Shown here in pieces: positions 37,619-50,446 of a stretch of DNA of 64,000 bases. The notes below the pieces were generated by a model, which did no database searches, was not told the DNA's origin, and worked only from the letters and a program-made list of their open reading frames with translations. Position numbers and translations under genes: made by a program. Source of the stretch: Antedon mediterranea. Lineage: Eukaryota > Animalia > Echinodermata. Where the stretch lies: positions 12,262,795-12,326,794 of the forward strand of contig NC_092670.1 in NCBI RefSeq assembly GCF_964355755.1, written 5' to 3'. Numbering within the stretch: position 1 is the first letter of the stretch; every line of letters starts with the position of its first letter.

Positions 37619-39723
37619 ATGCATTGCCCTAATATATTGGTTGTTTTTTTTCCTGCCGTTTGTCGCCAATGTTATCTCGATTGGTACATTCTATACCAAT
37701 GTTCCTGGTCAGACTCTAGAAGGATGGAGTTATGAATTAAAGGATATCAGTCGTGTAAGTTGTTTGCAAGTCTGTTCGAAGAAAACTTATTGCTGGTCGG
37801 TTAACTATAGCCCGAAAGATCGTGTTTGTCGAATCAGTAAACGTACACCTCTGGATGCGTCAGCTACTGTAAAGATAGATCAAACGCCTGCATTTCTTTA
37901 CATCGAAAAAGTGAGTAAAAACGTTCAATTTCTTCTAAATTACGAAAATTGAACAAACAAAAATTATTTGTTTTTACATTATAATTATGTAAAAAATATC
38001 ATGAAGGTATAGGAAACAAGTAAAACGTGATATATATGAAAATACGTAATATATAATTTATATTGGTTTTCTGTTTCTTAAATGTATTTGCGTTTTTTTG
38101 AGATATAGAGCCTACTTATTTTCTCTATTTTTTGTATTTTAATACAGGTCTTAGACAGTGACTTCAAAAGACGTGAGTATTCCCAAATAACTCTTCCAAA
38201 TGTTTGCAACACAGTCATTTTTGTAATAGAAATATTGTTCAATACAAAAAGATGTCAGGCAATAATATATGTTTGTAGTTAAGTTTCCATTAAAGTAAAG
38301 TGCTTTTACTTGTTTAATATTATTATTCTAAATGTATTATTAGCAACATATTTATTGGGCCTATCGATTTATCGCATCACGTCAATGCAATTAATATTCA
38401 CTATTTAACATCTGATCACTAACTTGGTTCCCATTCTAGGCCGTAATGCAAGTGAGTTATCCAATGGCAAGCGACAGTACGAATAATCTATCACTTGTGA
38501 TTGGTAAAAACCCTCCCTTGCTTTTCGTCCTAATGGGAACCAATCTGTAAAGGTTTGCTTTAAAAAATGTTACATTTTACAAACACGTATCTATATATTT
38601 TATTGATCTTGTTGAGCTCATAATATATCTCTAAACTAATCATTCACATTTTATACTAATATCAATTAGTTACTATCTATTATGTTAATTAACTCGGGCT
38701 ATCAACGTTGGCAAGAAATCCGGCTTTATTCCCTGTATATCAGTTGACAATTGCATATTGTGTATTTTTCATTTTAACTATATCACAACGTACTTTTTTT
38801 CAGATGGCATAGTTTACTATTCGACTGAAGTAACATACGATGACGCTTCAGCTATATGTGAAGATAAGCTAGGTTCACTGGCAACATACGAGCAACTCTA
38901 TGACGCATTCGCCGATGGTGCACAGTGTGCTAAAGGATGGCTTATCAGCAGAGAGATTGCCTTTACAGAAATCTCCTACGCGTGCACAATGAAACCACCG
39001 GTTGAAAGAAGCAATGTGTTTGTTTGTGGACAGTATCGTTTCGGGTTTTATTGTTTTAGAGAAAGAAACATAGTTTCGAGTACACCTACCGCCGATTACA
39101 TTCCAAAATCTCAACGGATAATTAGAATAAGTGAGTCATTGACGACTAAGCTGTATCCTGAAGAGGCAGATCAATGTTGTAGAGATGATTATTCTGGTAG
39201 AATGTCTACATCATTCGAGGCCTACAATGTCACTTACTCAATGAATGTTGATTTTTGTGCTCAAGGTTGGTATGCTGGTGGTCTTGATGGAGACGTATGC
39301 AATACAGATAATCAACCATCGAAATACTGGGATCCTGAAACGTTATGGTTGATCTTTTTAACTGAACCATCTTTCAAACAGTTCAGCTTTTGTTATATTC
39401 CTTTACATGGAGATGGTCTCATTTCTCTCCCTGATCCATACCCGCCTCATCGTGTCATAGTCGCGTCTGGGACGACGGGTGCATGGAGTTACACTTACGT
39501 GGAAGCTATAGCCAGGTGCGCGGTCTATGGCGGTACACTTGCAACGCGCGCTGAAGTTCAGAATGCATATAATATGGGTTTAGAGTGTATACGTGCAGGT
39601 TGGATTAAAGAAGGGTACACCGTGTATGTGTTACAAACACCAAGATCTTGGCAACCAAGTACCGGAATCATCAATCCGAATGACCCGCGTACTGAATCAT
39701 CTGCTTATTGTTACATACCATAA
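37619..39723 (+). CDS. Secreted PAN/Apple + three Link(Xlink)-like module protein; exons 37619-37910, 38148-38172, 38804-39723; +1 frameshift in a T-run of the signal peptide
   Basis: Hydrophobic leader; PAN motif SCLQVCSKKTYCWSVNYSPKDRVCRI; GT-AG junctions with compatible phases (0, 1). Link hallmarks: TYDDASAIC...LATYEQLYDAFADGAQCAKGWL..FYCF and YTYVEAIARCAVYGGTLATRAEVQNAYNMGLECIRAGWI..AYCY. Confidence 0.75.
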
Positions 39724-41839
39724 AGCATATAATTCGCTTTAATGAAAGCGTACTATAGTATCATTTTTCTCTTTAAAATGTCAATATTCATGACAGTACA
39801 CTGCAATTATAATTGTACCACACAACATGACATTATGGTTCACGATGCAAGATGACCCTGAACAATTAACAAACGAACAGTCCTAGGCCTGGACTTGCTC
39901 TCCTCTCCCTACAAACATTGCTGTATACAAAATGTGAAGCAACTTTTTTCTTTTCTTTTTTTCTATTTTTTTTCATTTCTTTGTTTTATATTTTAATTTT
40001 TTTTTTCACATTTCTTACAACATTAAATTTCCCATTTTATCTTTTCTTTCCATTTTTGTTTTCTTTCTTTTATTATTATTATTTTTCTCTTTCCCTTTTT
40101 TTAGCCTACTTTTTTCTCTTTGATTTTTTTTCTACCATTTTGTTGTGTCTGTTAAGTGTTGGCAACGAATGGGTGATTGGCATCATTTTTCAATCTCCCT
40201 CTAACCTTCAGCACGCATTTATCTAAGACCGAGTTCAATTGCACAAGCCATTCGTTTTCTATTCTCGTATCTCTTCAACTGATGATACAAAATGAACGAA
40301 AATATTATTCAAATAATATCGATGTTTTGCTATTTATATTCAATAGTATTCGCTTTAAAAAAATGTATTAATAGATAATTGTATAAAGACATGAATGTAA
40401 GTATAAAATATATATGTAACTATGTTAATAAGAAAAAAATGTTAATGGAAATATGTTACATAGATTGTATGTATAAAAAGAGTAAAGCCGTATACAGTAC
40501 TAGTATAAATTACGTAGGAAAAAGATAAAAACAAAAAAACAATGGAAAATGTGATATGTAACGAAATGAATACAACTTTAAAAAAGCTTGTATTAGCAGA
40601 TGATACAACAAACATTTTTAATAGAATATATGCATAGTGTACTGAAATGAAAATGAGGAACTTATGTATGGAAATAAAAGATGCACATGTAGATTTAACA
40701 AACCACACTGACTTGTTTATTCTGGTATGAAGGTATAGAATGTTTTATTCAATATGGTAATGTTAGAGGTTGATAGTAATTTGTAAATAAACACTGTTTA
40801 ATTTTCCTTCGCTCGCGTACCATCTAGGTCGTGTTCACAGATGGTTCTCGAATACACAGTAATTTCAGCGTAAAAAAACTGGCGATTTCAAATTTACGTA
40901 CCGCAGGACTATAAATACATTGTCGATGTCAGAAACGAATATAGACACGATGATTAATGTAGTCAACTAAAATTAGCACACTGGGAATTTTTCCTACTTC
41001 CGAAAGAGAAACTTGTCTTAAAATGAGTCCAAAAAACTAAAACTGTGCCTGTTAGTCGATTAAAATAGTAAAGTACATGTAACGATGCACCACTACGACG
41101 TTTATATTTTTTATAATTACTATAAATTAATACAATAAACAGTAACCACATTCACAGTAAGAAAATTTCGATTCAAATGGCGACCAAAAATGGTTCGTAC
41201 AGTATTTACAATATTGTCAAAGTATTGCAATGCTATATCTCAGTTTTAAGTTTATTCTCAAAGGGCCCATAAATTTACATACTTGTGTTAAACCATGGAG
41301 GGCTCATAAATTTACCGACAAACTGGGAGTCTGTGAGATTGGAATGTTCCATTCATCGCAAATCAATACATTTGTATAAACGTATATTAAATCTATCAAA
41401 ATAGTATTTTTTTAAAGAAAATCGGCCTGTCTTCAACATTATGATACTGTACTCGAGCTGTTCAACCGGGTTTCAGCTATTAAAAACAATTATCGTAGGA
41501 GGAGATAGGAAAATGCGAAGCAACCTCGTATTATTGTGTGCAGGTATTTTTTAAGAGGACATCCATTAGACAGTGTATACTATGGTCGGAAAACACCTCT
41601 ATTTGGGGCAAATCGTTCAACCTAAGTTCGTTTTAATTGTCAATAACTAATTATCTAACTCAATTTAATTAGTAAACAGGGTTACATCTGGTGGTTTAAA
41701 TCAGTACCAAGATTCTAACCAACTGTATATACCATCGAGTAAACATTCTAGAAATAACGCACGATTTAACAAATTTTGCCCTTACGCAAATTTATATATA
41801 GATAATTTTTATATAGCGCAAAATACAGAGCGCCTCTAA

Positions 41840-42018
41840 AGCGTGGTTTCCACTAGCGACGCAACACAAAGACGTAACGCAACGCAAGGAAATTGACCAA
41901 TCACAAGCGATGGCTTATTCGCTTGTGATTGCTAACTGTCTATAACTTCGCTTGTCATTGGTTAAAACGCTTGCGTTGCGCTTACGTCCTTGCGTTACGT
42001 TCTAGTGGGAACCAAGCT
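41840..42018. mobile_element. Palindromic PIF/Harbinger-like MITE
   Basis: TAA|AGCGTGGTTTCCACTAG ... CTAGTGGGAACCAAGCT|TAA; decayed relatives near 28490-28600 and 38420-38545. Confidence 0.75.
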
Positions 42019-42059
42019 TAAGCGAAAATTGAAAAGGTGTTATTTGGGGAGTTGTTTAA

Positions 42060-42340
42060 ATGTGGAAAGGGCGCATTGTCCACACAATTTTGTGGCCGTG
42101 TAGGTATAGGCCTGATCAAAACCTCTGATGATGACAGTGTCCGTTTTGGCCTGTATGGAGAAATGATATCGGATAGAAATGTTGGAGCCATGTTATGAAG
42201 TGATTTAAATGAGATGAGTAGAATCTTGTACATTACTCTCTTCTCAACTGGTAACCAGAGTGTAGCTGTTCCAATATTGGTGACATATTGGGATGCGAAG
42301 AACAAGACGAGCAGCAATGTTCTGAACACGCTGGACCTTA
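42060..42340 (-). mobile_element. L2/CR1-group LINE RT C-terminal fragment
   Basis: QRVQNIAARLV..., LWLPVEKRVMYKILLISFKSLHNMAPTFLSDII.PYRPKRTL. Confidence 0.75.
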
Positions 42341-42421
42341 GCGCTTAACATTAAACTTTCTAATTATCGTATATCTAACATTCTTATCGTAAAAAGACCA
42401 TATAATTCATGACTGTCTCTA

Positions 42422-43324
42422 CTAACTCACTTCCCTTTTACAACAACAGATGATGATCTTCTTCACATTTTTAATCTTTTTCAAGATAAAAAAAACCTAC
42501 ACCGATGATCCTTCTTCAAATTATCTTCTCTCCGTTTAATTTTAATCTAAATGATATCGATACGGATTGTACATTGCGGAGTGTAACAATACCCTTATCT
42601 TCCTATAAATATACTCTTTAATATACAATGCATTAGTACTTCCCTACATTTATACTGTAATATTGCATGGTCCGGTTCACTGAACAAGTTCGGAAACTTA
42701 TGCCCATGGACAAGCTTCGAAACCCCCAAAAAGAGTCATTCGAATCTGTTCAGTGGGTTGATTTGAACTCTCATTTTTATAACATGAATATCCTAAATAT
42801 TTGTGTCATCAATAAATTACAAACTGGTATCTTTAGGTTTCGATTATCACAAAACTCTCTTCCAACCCTGGAACCCATATCACTTTCCTCTTTACCAAAC
42901 CATTCACTCCACAATCACTGCCTAGCGTCGTCGTGCCTGGCAACCATTGTAAATCGGTCAATCACTGTCTAGCGTCGTCGTGCTTGGCAACCATTGTTTA
43001 AATTGTACTCATACCTAGTTAAGCTTATTGTGTTTGTGCACTTAGTGAATACTATGGCTAACAAACATAATGAAATGAAGCAAACGAAAAAGAAAAAGTT
43101 TATGCCGTTGCTGAACAGGCATAATATATTTTTTTTTTCTGTCAACGATTTCAACTTTTATATGAATTTTATATAATCATTGTAAATTTTTAAGCCTTTA
43201 ATATATTTTATGTCATTTGAATATTTAATATTTTATGTGTTGTACTGTATGTATGTTTTATCGAGGGCCCTGAATGATCAGTTCTATTAGGAACTGGATA
43301 GGCTACCCTCAATAAATATGGTAA

Positions 43325-43363
<39 letters not shown>

Positions 43364-43750
43364 ACTCACTTTCCTTTTACAACATAACAGATGATGATAT
43401 TCTTCACATTTTTAATTTTGTTCTAGATAAAAAAAAACCTACACCGATGATCCTTCTTCAAATTATCTTCTCTCCGTTTGATTTTAATCTAAATGATCTA
43501 GATACGGATTGTACATTGCGCAGTGTAGAAATACCCTTATCTTCCTATAAATATACTCTTTATTATACAGTGCATTAGTATTTCCCTACATTTCTACTGT
43601 AAAAATATTGCCTGGTCCAGTTCACTGAAAAAGTTCGGAAACGTATGCCCATGGACAAGCTTCGAAACCACCAAGAGTCATTCGAATCTGTTCAGTGGGC
43701 TGATTTTAACTCTCATTTGATAATGAATATCCTAAATAGTTTTGTCACCA
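42422..43750 (+). repeat. ~390-bp direct duplication (42422-42810 / 43363-43750) separated by a LINE-like 3' end with a (TAAA)n tail
   Basis: AACTCACTT.CCTTTTACAAC..ACAGATGATGAT...GAATATCCTAAATA is repeated. The hairpin and tail at 43262-43363 resemble 33320-33370. Confidence 0.75.
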
Positions 43751-44467
43751 AGTGAGCTAGTTGTAAACTACATGATTCAATCACCTTTATGTTGGTCCAA
43801 TGAGGTTTGCTGGTTTTTTTATTAGGTTTGTAGGGGTTTGCGGGGATGGCCCCATTTGATTGGTGTTCTTTGGACACGTGGTTAGTATATCAAATAAACA
43901 ATTTATACTGTCAATCAGATGAAAGCATCACACAGTATAGTTCAACAGATCAAAACCATTAGGCAAACAAATATATCATATACCTGATATTTATTACAGG
44001 TCTTCAAAAGAAGATTAATAAAACTACTCTATTTAAAATGATAGATAATTGTTGTAATAGAACTTTTGTTCATAATACACCAAAGTAAAAATAATTGTTA
44101 AGTGGTCTTACTTTACTGTTTTTTTTTTATTATGTTATTGTTTGAAATATTAACCAATTATTGGTAGACTGGAAAAGATCAATTATTGACGAACTCAAAA
44201 ACTTACAAAACTATAACAACTACATATTATTGTTCTATTACTATATAATCATTCCGTAAAGAATCCTCACAAAATGTGAATACATTTATATAAATATCAC
44301 TATTAAATTGATTGGTTTACACAAGCTATTTTCACTAATGGTTGGTATTGGATGGAATATTTTATCTGTCGTCAAATGAAAAATAGATAATAGTTCATAA
44401 ATGTAATACAACAGAGATCGAAACTCATTCGAGGCTAACTTTGATGCAGACTTCCTAAAACGTCAGA

Positions 44468-44752
44468 ATGCACAGGCTTACTTTATTGGTTGTCTTTTTT
44501 CTGCCGTTTTTCGTCAGTACAATCGGTACATTCTATACTATTGAGCCTGGTCAGATTCTAGAAGGCTGGAGTTATGAATTAAAAGATATCAGTCGTGTAA
44601 GTTGTTTGCAAGTCTGTTCGAAGAAAACGTATTGCTGGTCGGTTAACTATAGCCCGAGAGATCGTGTTTGTCGAATCAGTAGACGTATACCTCAGGATGC
44701 GTCAGCTACTGTCAAGATAGTTCAAACGCCTGCATTTCTTTACATCGAAAAG
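44468..44752 (+). CDS. Intact first exon (signal peptide + PAN/Apple) of a paralog; downstream exons not found in the window
   Basis: MHRLTLLVVFFLPFFVSTIG|TFYTIEPGQILEGWSYELKDISRVSCLQVCSKKTYCWSVNYSPRDRVC; donor AAG|GTGAGT. Confidence 0.7.
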
Positions 44753-45263
44753 GTGAGTAACAAGGCCAACAGCCATCAGTCGCGTGCTAAAACGCTTAGT
44801 GATACCGGACCGACAGACAGACCGACACACCGACCGACATAGTGAACTATAGAATAAATTTTTTTAAATAAATTTTCAACAAATAAAAACTTGTAATTAT
44901 AATGTATATTAAGAAAAAATCACCGAGCATGAAAACCATATAATGTACTGTAAACTATATAATGAAAGTATTGGAAATAGAAAACGTGTTATAATATGAA
45001 AATACGTAAAAGAATATTGGTTTAAACTTAAGATGTTTTTCTGTTTCTCAAAGCTCAGCTCAGCAAACGTAAAAACTACTTTAGTAATCTGCTTGGTACA
45101 GGTATAAATTTCAGAAATAAGATATGTTTTGGTTAAATGTACAAATATTACAAGTAATATGTGTAATGTAACAGATTCCCTCATCTTTATCGTTTCAAAT
45201 TAATTAATTAAATTTCAGTATATCACCGGGCGGTTTAGAATTAATGTTCTTTGTCTGCTGTGT

Positions 45264-45305
45264 TTATATATATTTATATATATATATAGATTCATAAATA
45301 GATTC

Positions 45306-45363
<58 letters not shown>

Positions 45364-45391
45364 TTCATAAACATTCATTCATAAACATTCA

Positions 45392-45432
<41 letters not shown>
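45264..45432. repeat. (AT)n microsatellites
   Basis: Direct reading. Confidence 0.95.
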
Positions 45433-45436
<4 letters not shown>

Positions 45437-46889
45437 ACCCGAAAAACTGTAATTTAAAGCTAAAAATAGTCAGTCAAAATGTTGGTTGGGTTTGTTGTTT
45501 TTTTATACGTTTTATACGTTATACGTTTGTGAAGAAATATTCTTGAAAAACGGGTAAAACTAAAGAAAAAAGTATTATATTACGGTTAAAATAAGGCCTA
45601 CTGAAAACCATATTTTAAAACAAATAATATACTATAAACATAATAATTTGTATTTTTATTTCTATTTTAAAGAATGTACACTTGTATTGTTAATCGATAT
45701 ATTTTGAGTATGCTTTCTTGAAAAAGAACATTGTAAATTAAACAAGGCCAACAGCCATAAGTCGCGTGCTCTCAGAAAAAATGAACTTTCAAAAAGTAAT
45801 GTACATCAAAACAGTTCAGAAAGTACAGAAAAGCGATAAAACGCATAGTAATACCGGACCGACAGACCGACCGACCGACATAAGCCCCTTTCTCACAGAT
45901 GTGCCTGCAATATACCGGTACAGTGCTGGCATCGTGCCGGTATCGTTACCGGCATATACCCATTCTCATCGGACTATCGTGCCGGAAATATAACCGGTAT
46001 ATACCGGCTTTCTGTGAGAAAGGAGTCGGGCATATTCGGCCAATAAAAAGTCTCTGACAAAATAATTATTGAGGGCGTCCTTTATTGTTATTATTTTTGT
46101 CTAGCGATGATATGGCGGCGAATGTTAAGTTACAGATTATTATCTTCCTTTATAGCATATTTATGCAATACATGCTATGTACAGTATATTGTGCATATAT
46201 TATACAGGTATAGCAATTAATTTGCCGTCATCGGCAATCTGTAAAACACCTTAGAAGGCTGTAGGCCTACAATTTACAAGGCGACGAAAGGTCACGCACC
46301 AACAAACAAAGAGCTAATAATGGCCTAGCCTAGCGGCCTATATAGATTATGCTACAAATTTCTTCTTGTCCCCTTATTTTAAGCAGCTCTCTTATCTCAT
46401 TATCCCTCCAGTTCCACATTATTATTGTTGAATAGGCGCCAAAGTGATACACTTGACTGCGCAAGGTGTCAAAGCCTCGACGGGGAACCCCGGAATATAA
46501 CGGCAATACGTTCTCACAGAATGCCCGTCTGGCATTGCGGGGAATATCCCTAGAATATTACTAGGTCTAAAGCAGGTCATGTCGATGCCGGCATGGTGCC
46601 GGTGTAAGATTGAATTGTGTCCAGCATTCAAAAGTGTCCGGGTGGACACTTTTCAGCATTGGATAGTGTCCAGTTGCATGTTTCAACGGGTTCGTGGGCG
46701 TTTTTCAACAATTTAATGCTGTCCGGCCCGTTTAATAATGTCTGACCCATGGATTGAAATGCGTCCACTATTAAATACTGTATCATACGTTTTATGATAG
46801 GTGGTTGTTTTTATCACGCCTGCACTTGTCTTGTCTTCTTTTAATAACCAATAATACTTAATGATGCCAAACAAATTTTTTTTTCTAAT

Positions 46890-48353
46890 TAAAGATCGCT
46901 TTGCCTAAACACCTCCAATTAGGGACCATTATATTATATGGTATGTGAAAAGACAAGAAGAATAAATAATTGTTAAGTATGTGACAAAAACAAGTAAATG
47001 AAGTGTTCCTCTTCCAATTAAAAATCACTTTACCTAAAACACCTCCAATTAGCGACCATTATATTATTTAGTATTAATAAAGCAAGAAGAATATATAGTT
47101 TTTAATTATGTGACAAAAAACAAGTAATTGTACTGGACCTCTTTCAATAAAGGACCACTTTACTTAAAACAGCTCCAATTAGCGACCATTTTATTAATTG
47201 GTATGAGTAAAGACAATAATAATTAATAGTTTTAATTATGTGACAAAATTAAGTAACTGTACTGACTGGTCCGCTTCCAATTAAAGATCACTTTACTTTA
47301 AGACACCTCAAATTAATGACCATTTTTATTAATTGGTATGAGTAAAGGCAAGATTAATTAATAGTTTAATTATGTGACAAAATTAAGTAAATGTACTGGT
47401 CCGCTTCCAATTAAAGGTCACTTTACTTTAAGACACCTCTAATTAGCGACCATTTTTATTAATTGGTAGAAGTAAATACAAGAAGAATACATAGTTTTAA
47501 TTATGATAGTGACAAAATTAAGTAACTGTACTAGTCCTCTTCCAGTTATAGATCACTTTACTTAAAGAAACCTCCAATTAGCGACCATTATATTATTTAG
47601 TATTAATAAAGCAAGAAGAATATATAGTTATTAATTATGTGACAAAAACAAGTAATTGTACTGGCCCTCTTTCAATAAAGGACCACTTTACTTAAAACAC
47701 CTCCAATTAGCGACCATTTTATTAATTGGTATGAGTAAAGACAATAATAATTAATAGTTTTAATTATGTGACAAAATTAAGTAACTGTACTGACTGGTCC
47801 GCTTCCAATTAAAGATCACTTTACTTTAAGACACCTCTAATTAGTGACCATTTTTATCAATTGGTATGAGTAAAGGCAAGAATAATTAATAGTTTAATTA
47901 TGTGACAAAATTAAGTAAATGTACTGGTCCGCTTCCAATTAAAGGTCACTTTACTTTAAGACACCTCTAATTAGCGACCGTTATATTATTTTGTATGAAT
48001 AAAGACAAGAAGAAGAAATAGTTTATAATCATGTGATAAAAAACAAGTAATTGTACTGGTCCTCTTCCAATTAAAGATCACTTCAATTTAAACACTTCCA
48101 TTTAGCGACCGTTTTATTATTTTGTATGAGTACAGACAAGAGGAATAAATAGTTTATAATCATGTGATAAAAAACAAGTAATTGTACTGGTCCTCTTCCA
48201 ATTAAAGATCACTTTACTTTAATACACTTCCAATTAGCGACCGTTTTATTATTTTGTACGAGCACAGACAAGAGGAATAAATAGTTTATAATCATGTGAT
48301 TAAAAACAAGTAATTGTACTGGTCCTCTTCCAATTAAAGATCACTTTACTGTA
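46890..48353. repeat. ~131-bp satellite, ~11 copies, with a 4-unit (~530 bp) higher-order repeat
   Basis: ACCTCCAATTAGCGACC recurs about every 131 bp; variant units from 47042 recur in the same order from 47571. Confidence 0.9.
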
Positions 48354-48661
48354 AGAATAACAAATAATAATAACAGGATTTTTATAGCACACATACCACA
48401 GAGTGCTCAAGGCGCATTAAAAAAAAAAATAATAAAAACAAATCATACAACTCTCCCGGTCCCGAGAGCCGCTGTTTTGAGGTTGACCTGACAATTGTGG
48501 CAATTACCAATTGGGACATTACCCTTGTTGGACATCTGGTAAAAATAAATACTGATTATCCTGCCACTTTAGTACACAAAACGATAAATAAAAAAAAATA
48601 ATACAACTTGTAGCATTCCATTTAAACACAGTAGGCCCTGTTCAAAAGAGGGTTTCTTTTC

Positions 48662-49133
48662 TGCGAGTTGCGAGTTGCGAGTTGGAAAATGCGAGTTGCG
48701 AGTTGGAAAATGCGAGTTGCGAGTTGGAAAATGCGAGTTGCGGGTCGGAAAATGCGAGTTGCGGGTCGGGAAGTGCGAGTTGCGGGTCGGAAAGTGCGAG
48801 TTGCGAGTCGGGAAATGCGAGTTGCGGGTCGGAAAGTGCGAGTTGCGGGTCGGAAAGTGCGAGTTGCGGGTCGGAAAGTGCGAGTTGCGGGTCGGAAAGT
48901 GCGAGTTGCGGGTTGGAAAATGCGAGTTGCGAGTCGGAAAATGCGAGTTGCGGGTCGGAAAATGCGAGTTGCGGGTCGGAAAATGCGAGTTGCGAGTCGG
49001 AAAATGCGAGTTGCGGGTTGGAAAATGCGAGTTGCGGGTTGGAAAATGCGAGTTGCGGGTCGGAAAATGCGAGTTGCGGGTCAGAAAATGCGAGTTGCGG
49101 GTCGGAAAATGTGAGTTGCGGGTCGGAAATTGC
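48662..49133 (+). repeat. 21-bp GC-rich minisatellite (GCGAGTTGCGGGTCGGAAAAT)n
   Basis: About 22 tandem units. Confidence 0.95.
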
Positions 49134-50446
49134 AAAAATAATTTTTCAAGGAGGTCGTACCATCCAAAAAAATAATACATGAACCAAACAATCAGTAAAT
49201 AAATTACAATTTAAATTTTGTTTAGTTTTTTTGGTTGAAATGAACTTATTTTGTATTTCAACACAAAACAATTATGTTATTGATACTTTATATTTTGAAA
49301 TAATATAATTGTAAATATAGTAGATTAAAGTTATTATTTAATTTGTTTGCAATTACTGATAATGATACAATTACTAATAATGATACAATAAATTATGTAC
49401 ATGTATTTTTGCCTTGTTAAATGAGAAAATAATAATAAATTGGTAAGAAAAACTCACATTAAAAAGTACAGTTTGTATTGTTTACAGTATTTAGGTAAGA
49501 TGATTAATGATGATTAAAAACAGACATGATGGTTGGAGTCATTAGTACTACTTTGTGTAAAGCAGATCCCATAAACAGCGCAAGGAAACACATACCATAC
49601 CTACAGATAATGGTCAAATTTTCAAAGCTATATTATTTTCTTAGAATCATAGTCAATTCTTTATGTTTATAATATTTTTTTGTTAAACATTTTCAGACAA
49701 ACTGTCCATAGATACATATAAATACATATGAATACAAAAAAAAAGAGAAGAAATACACAGTTTATTATGTGTAACACCCATCAGCAAATCATGGAGAGGA
49801 CCAATTAATGTATCTATTGAAATATAGTGCATCTCTCCAATTAAAATACATTCTGGAATCTAACCATATATTCATAATCTACATTTTGTTTGCTTTTCAT
49901 AATTTTGGAAAGAAGACTGTAAATTGTCAACCTAAAAAATTCATAAGAAGATGGAATATTGTTTTCTACAAATAATTTTCTCTGACTTAGATATCGGATT
50001 GTCAACAACAACATGCGGAATAAACACAAATACATGCTTTAGTATGTACACGTACAGTAGAGTAGGCATCTGTCAAATGTACTATGTGTATTTAAAGTAA
50101 CTTTAGCAGGGTACAGATTTAAATACTGAAATCACTGGTTTGTTTTTAGAGAAAATATAACTTATAACTAAGATAATTCAAATTTACTTGAATTGAATTG
50201 TTGAATTTAGGTGACAATAATCATTGATCTGCGCCCACAATTACATAGGAGAAGGAATTATTATTACTTATATACAGTATTGTTTGATGAAATGTGTGAT
50301 ACATTAGGTGAAATGAAGTTGTATTTTAGTTGTTGTTCAACGCGATGATCAAATATACAACACTTTTTAATTTTAATTTTTTATTTGATTATGTTTTTCC
50401 TTTGTAATGTATTATATATAATATATATATGATGAAATAAAAAAAA

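Noticed and set aside
39918-40226. Phe-rich 102-aa ORF resembling a membrane protein
   Set aside because: T-rich low-complexity sequence with no ATG or splice support
46890-48353. Regularly spaced repeats resembling a CRISPR array
   Set aside because: The sequence between the motifs is itself repeated rather than unique spacers; eukaryotic context and no cas genes
48569-49182. Long ORFs in several frames (FPTRNSH / RVGKCEL / ENASCGS repeats), also at 54673-55149
   Set aside because: Artefacts of a stop-free 21-bp minisatellite; no splice or domain context
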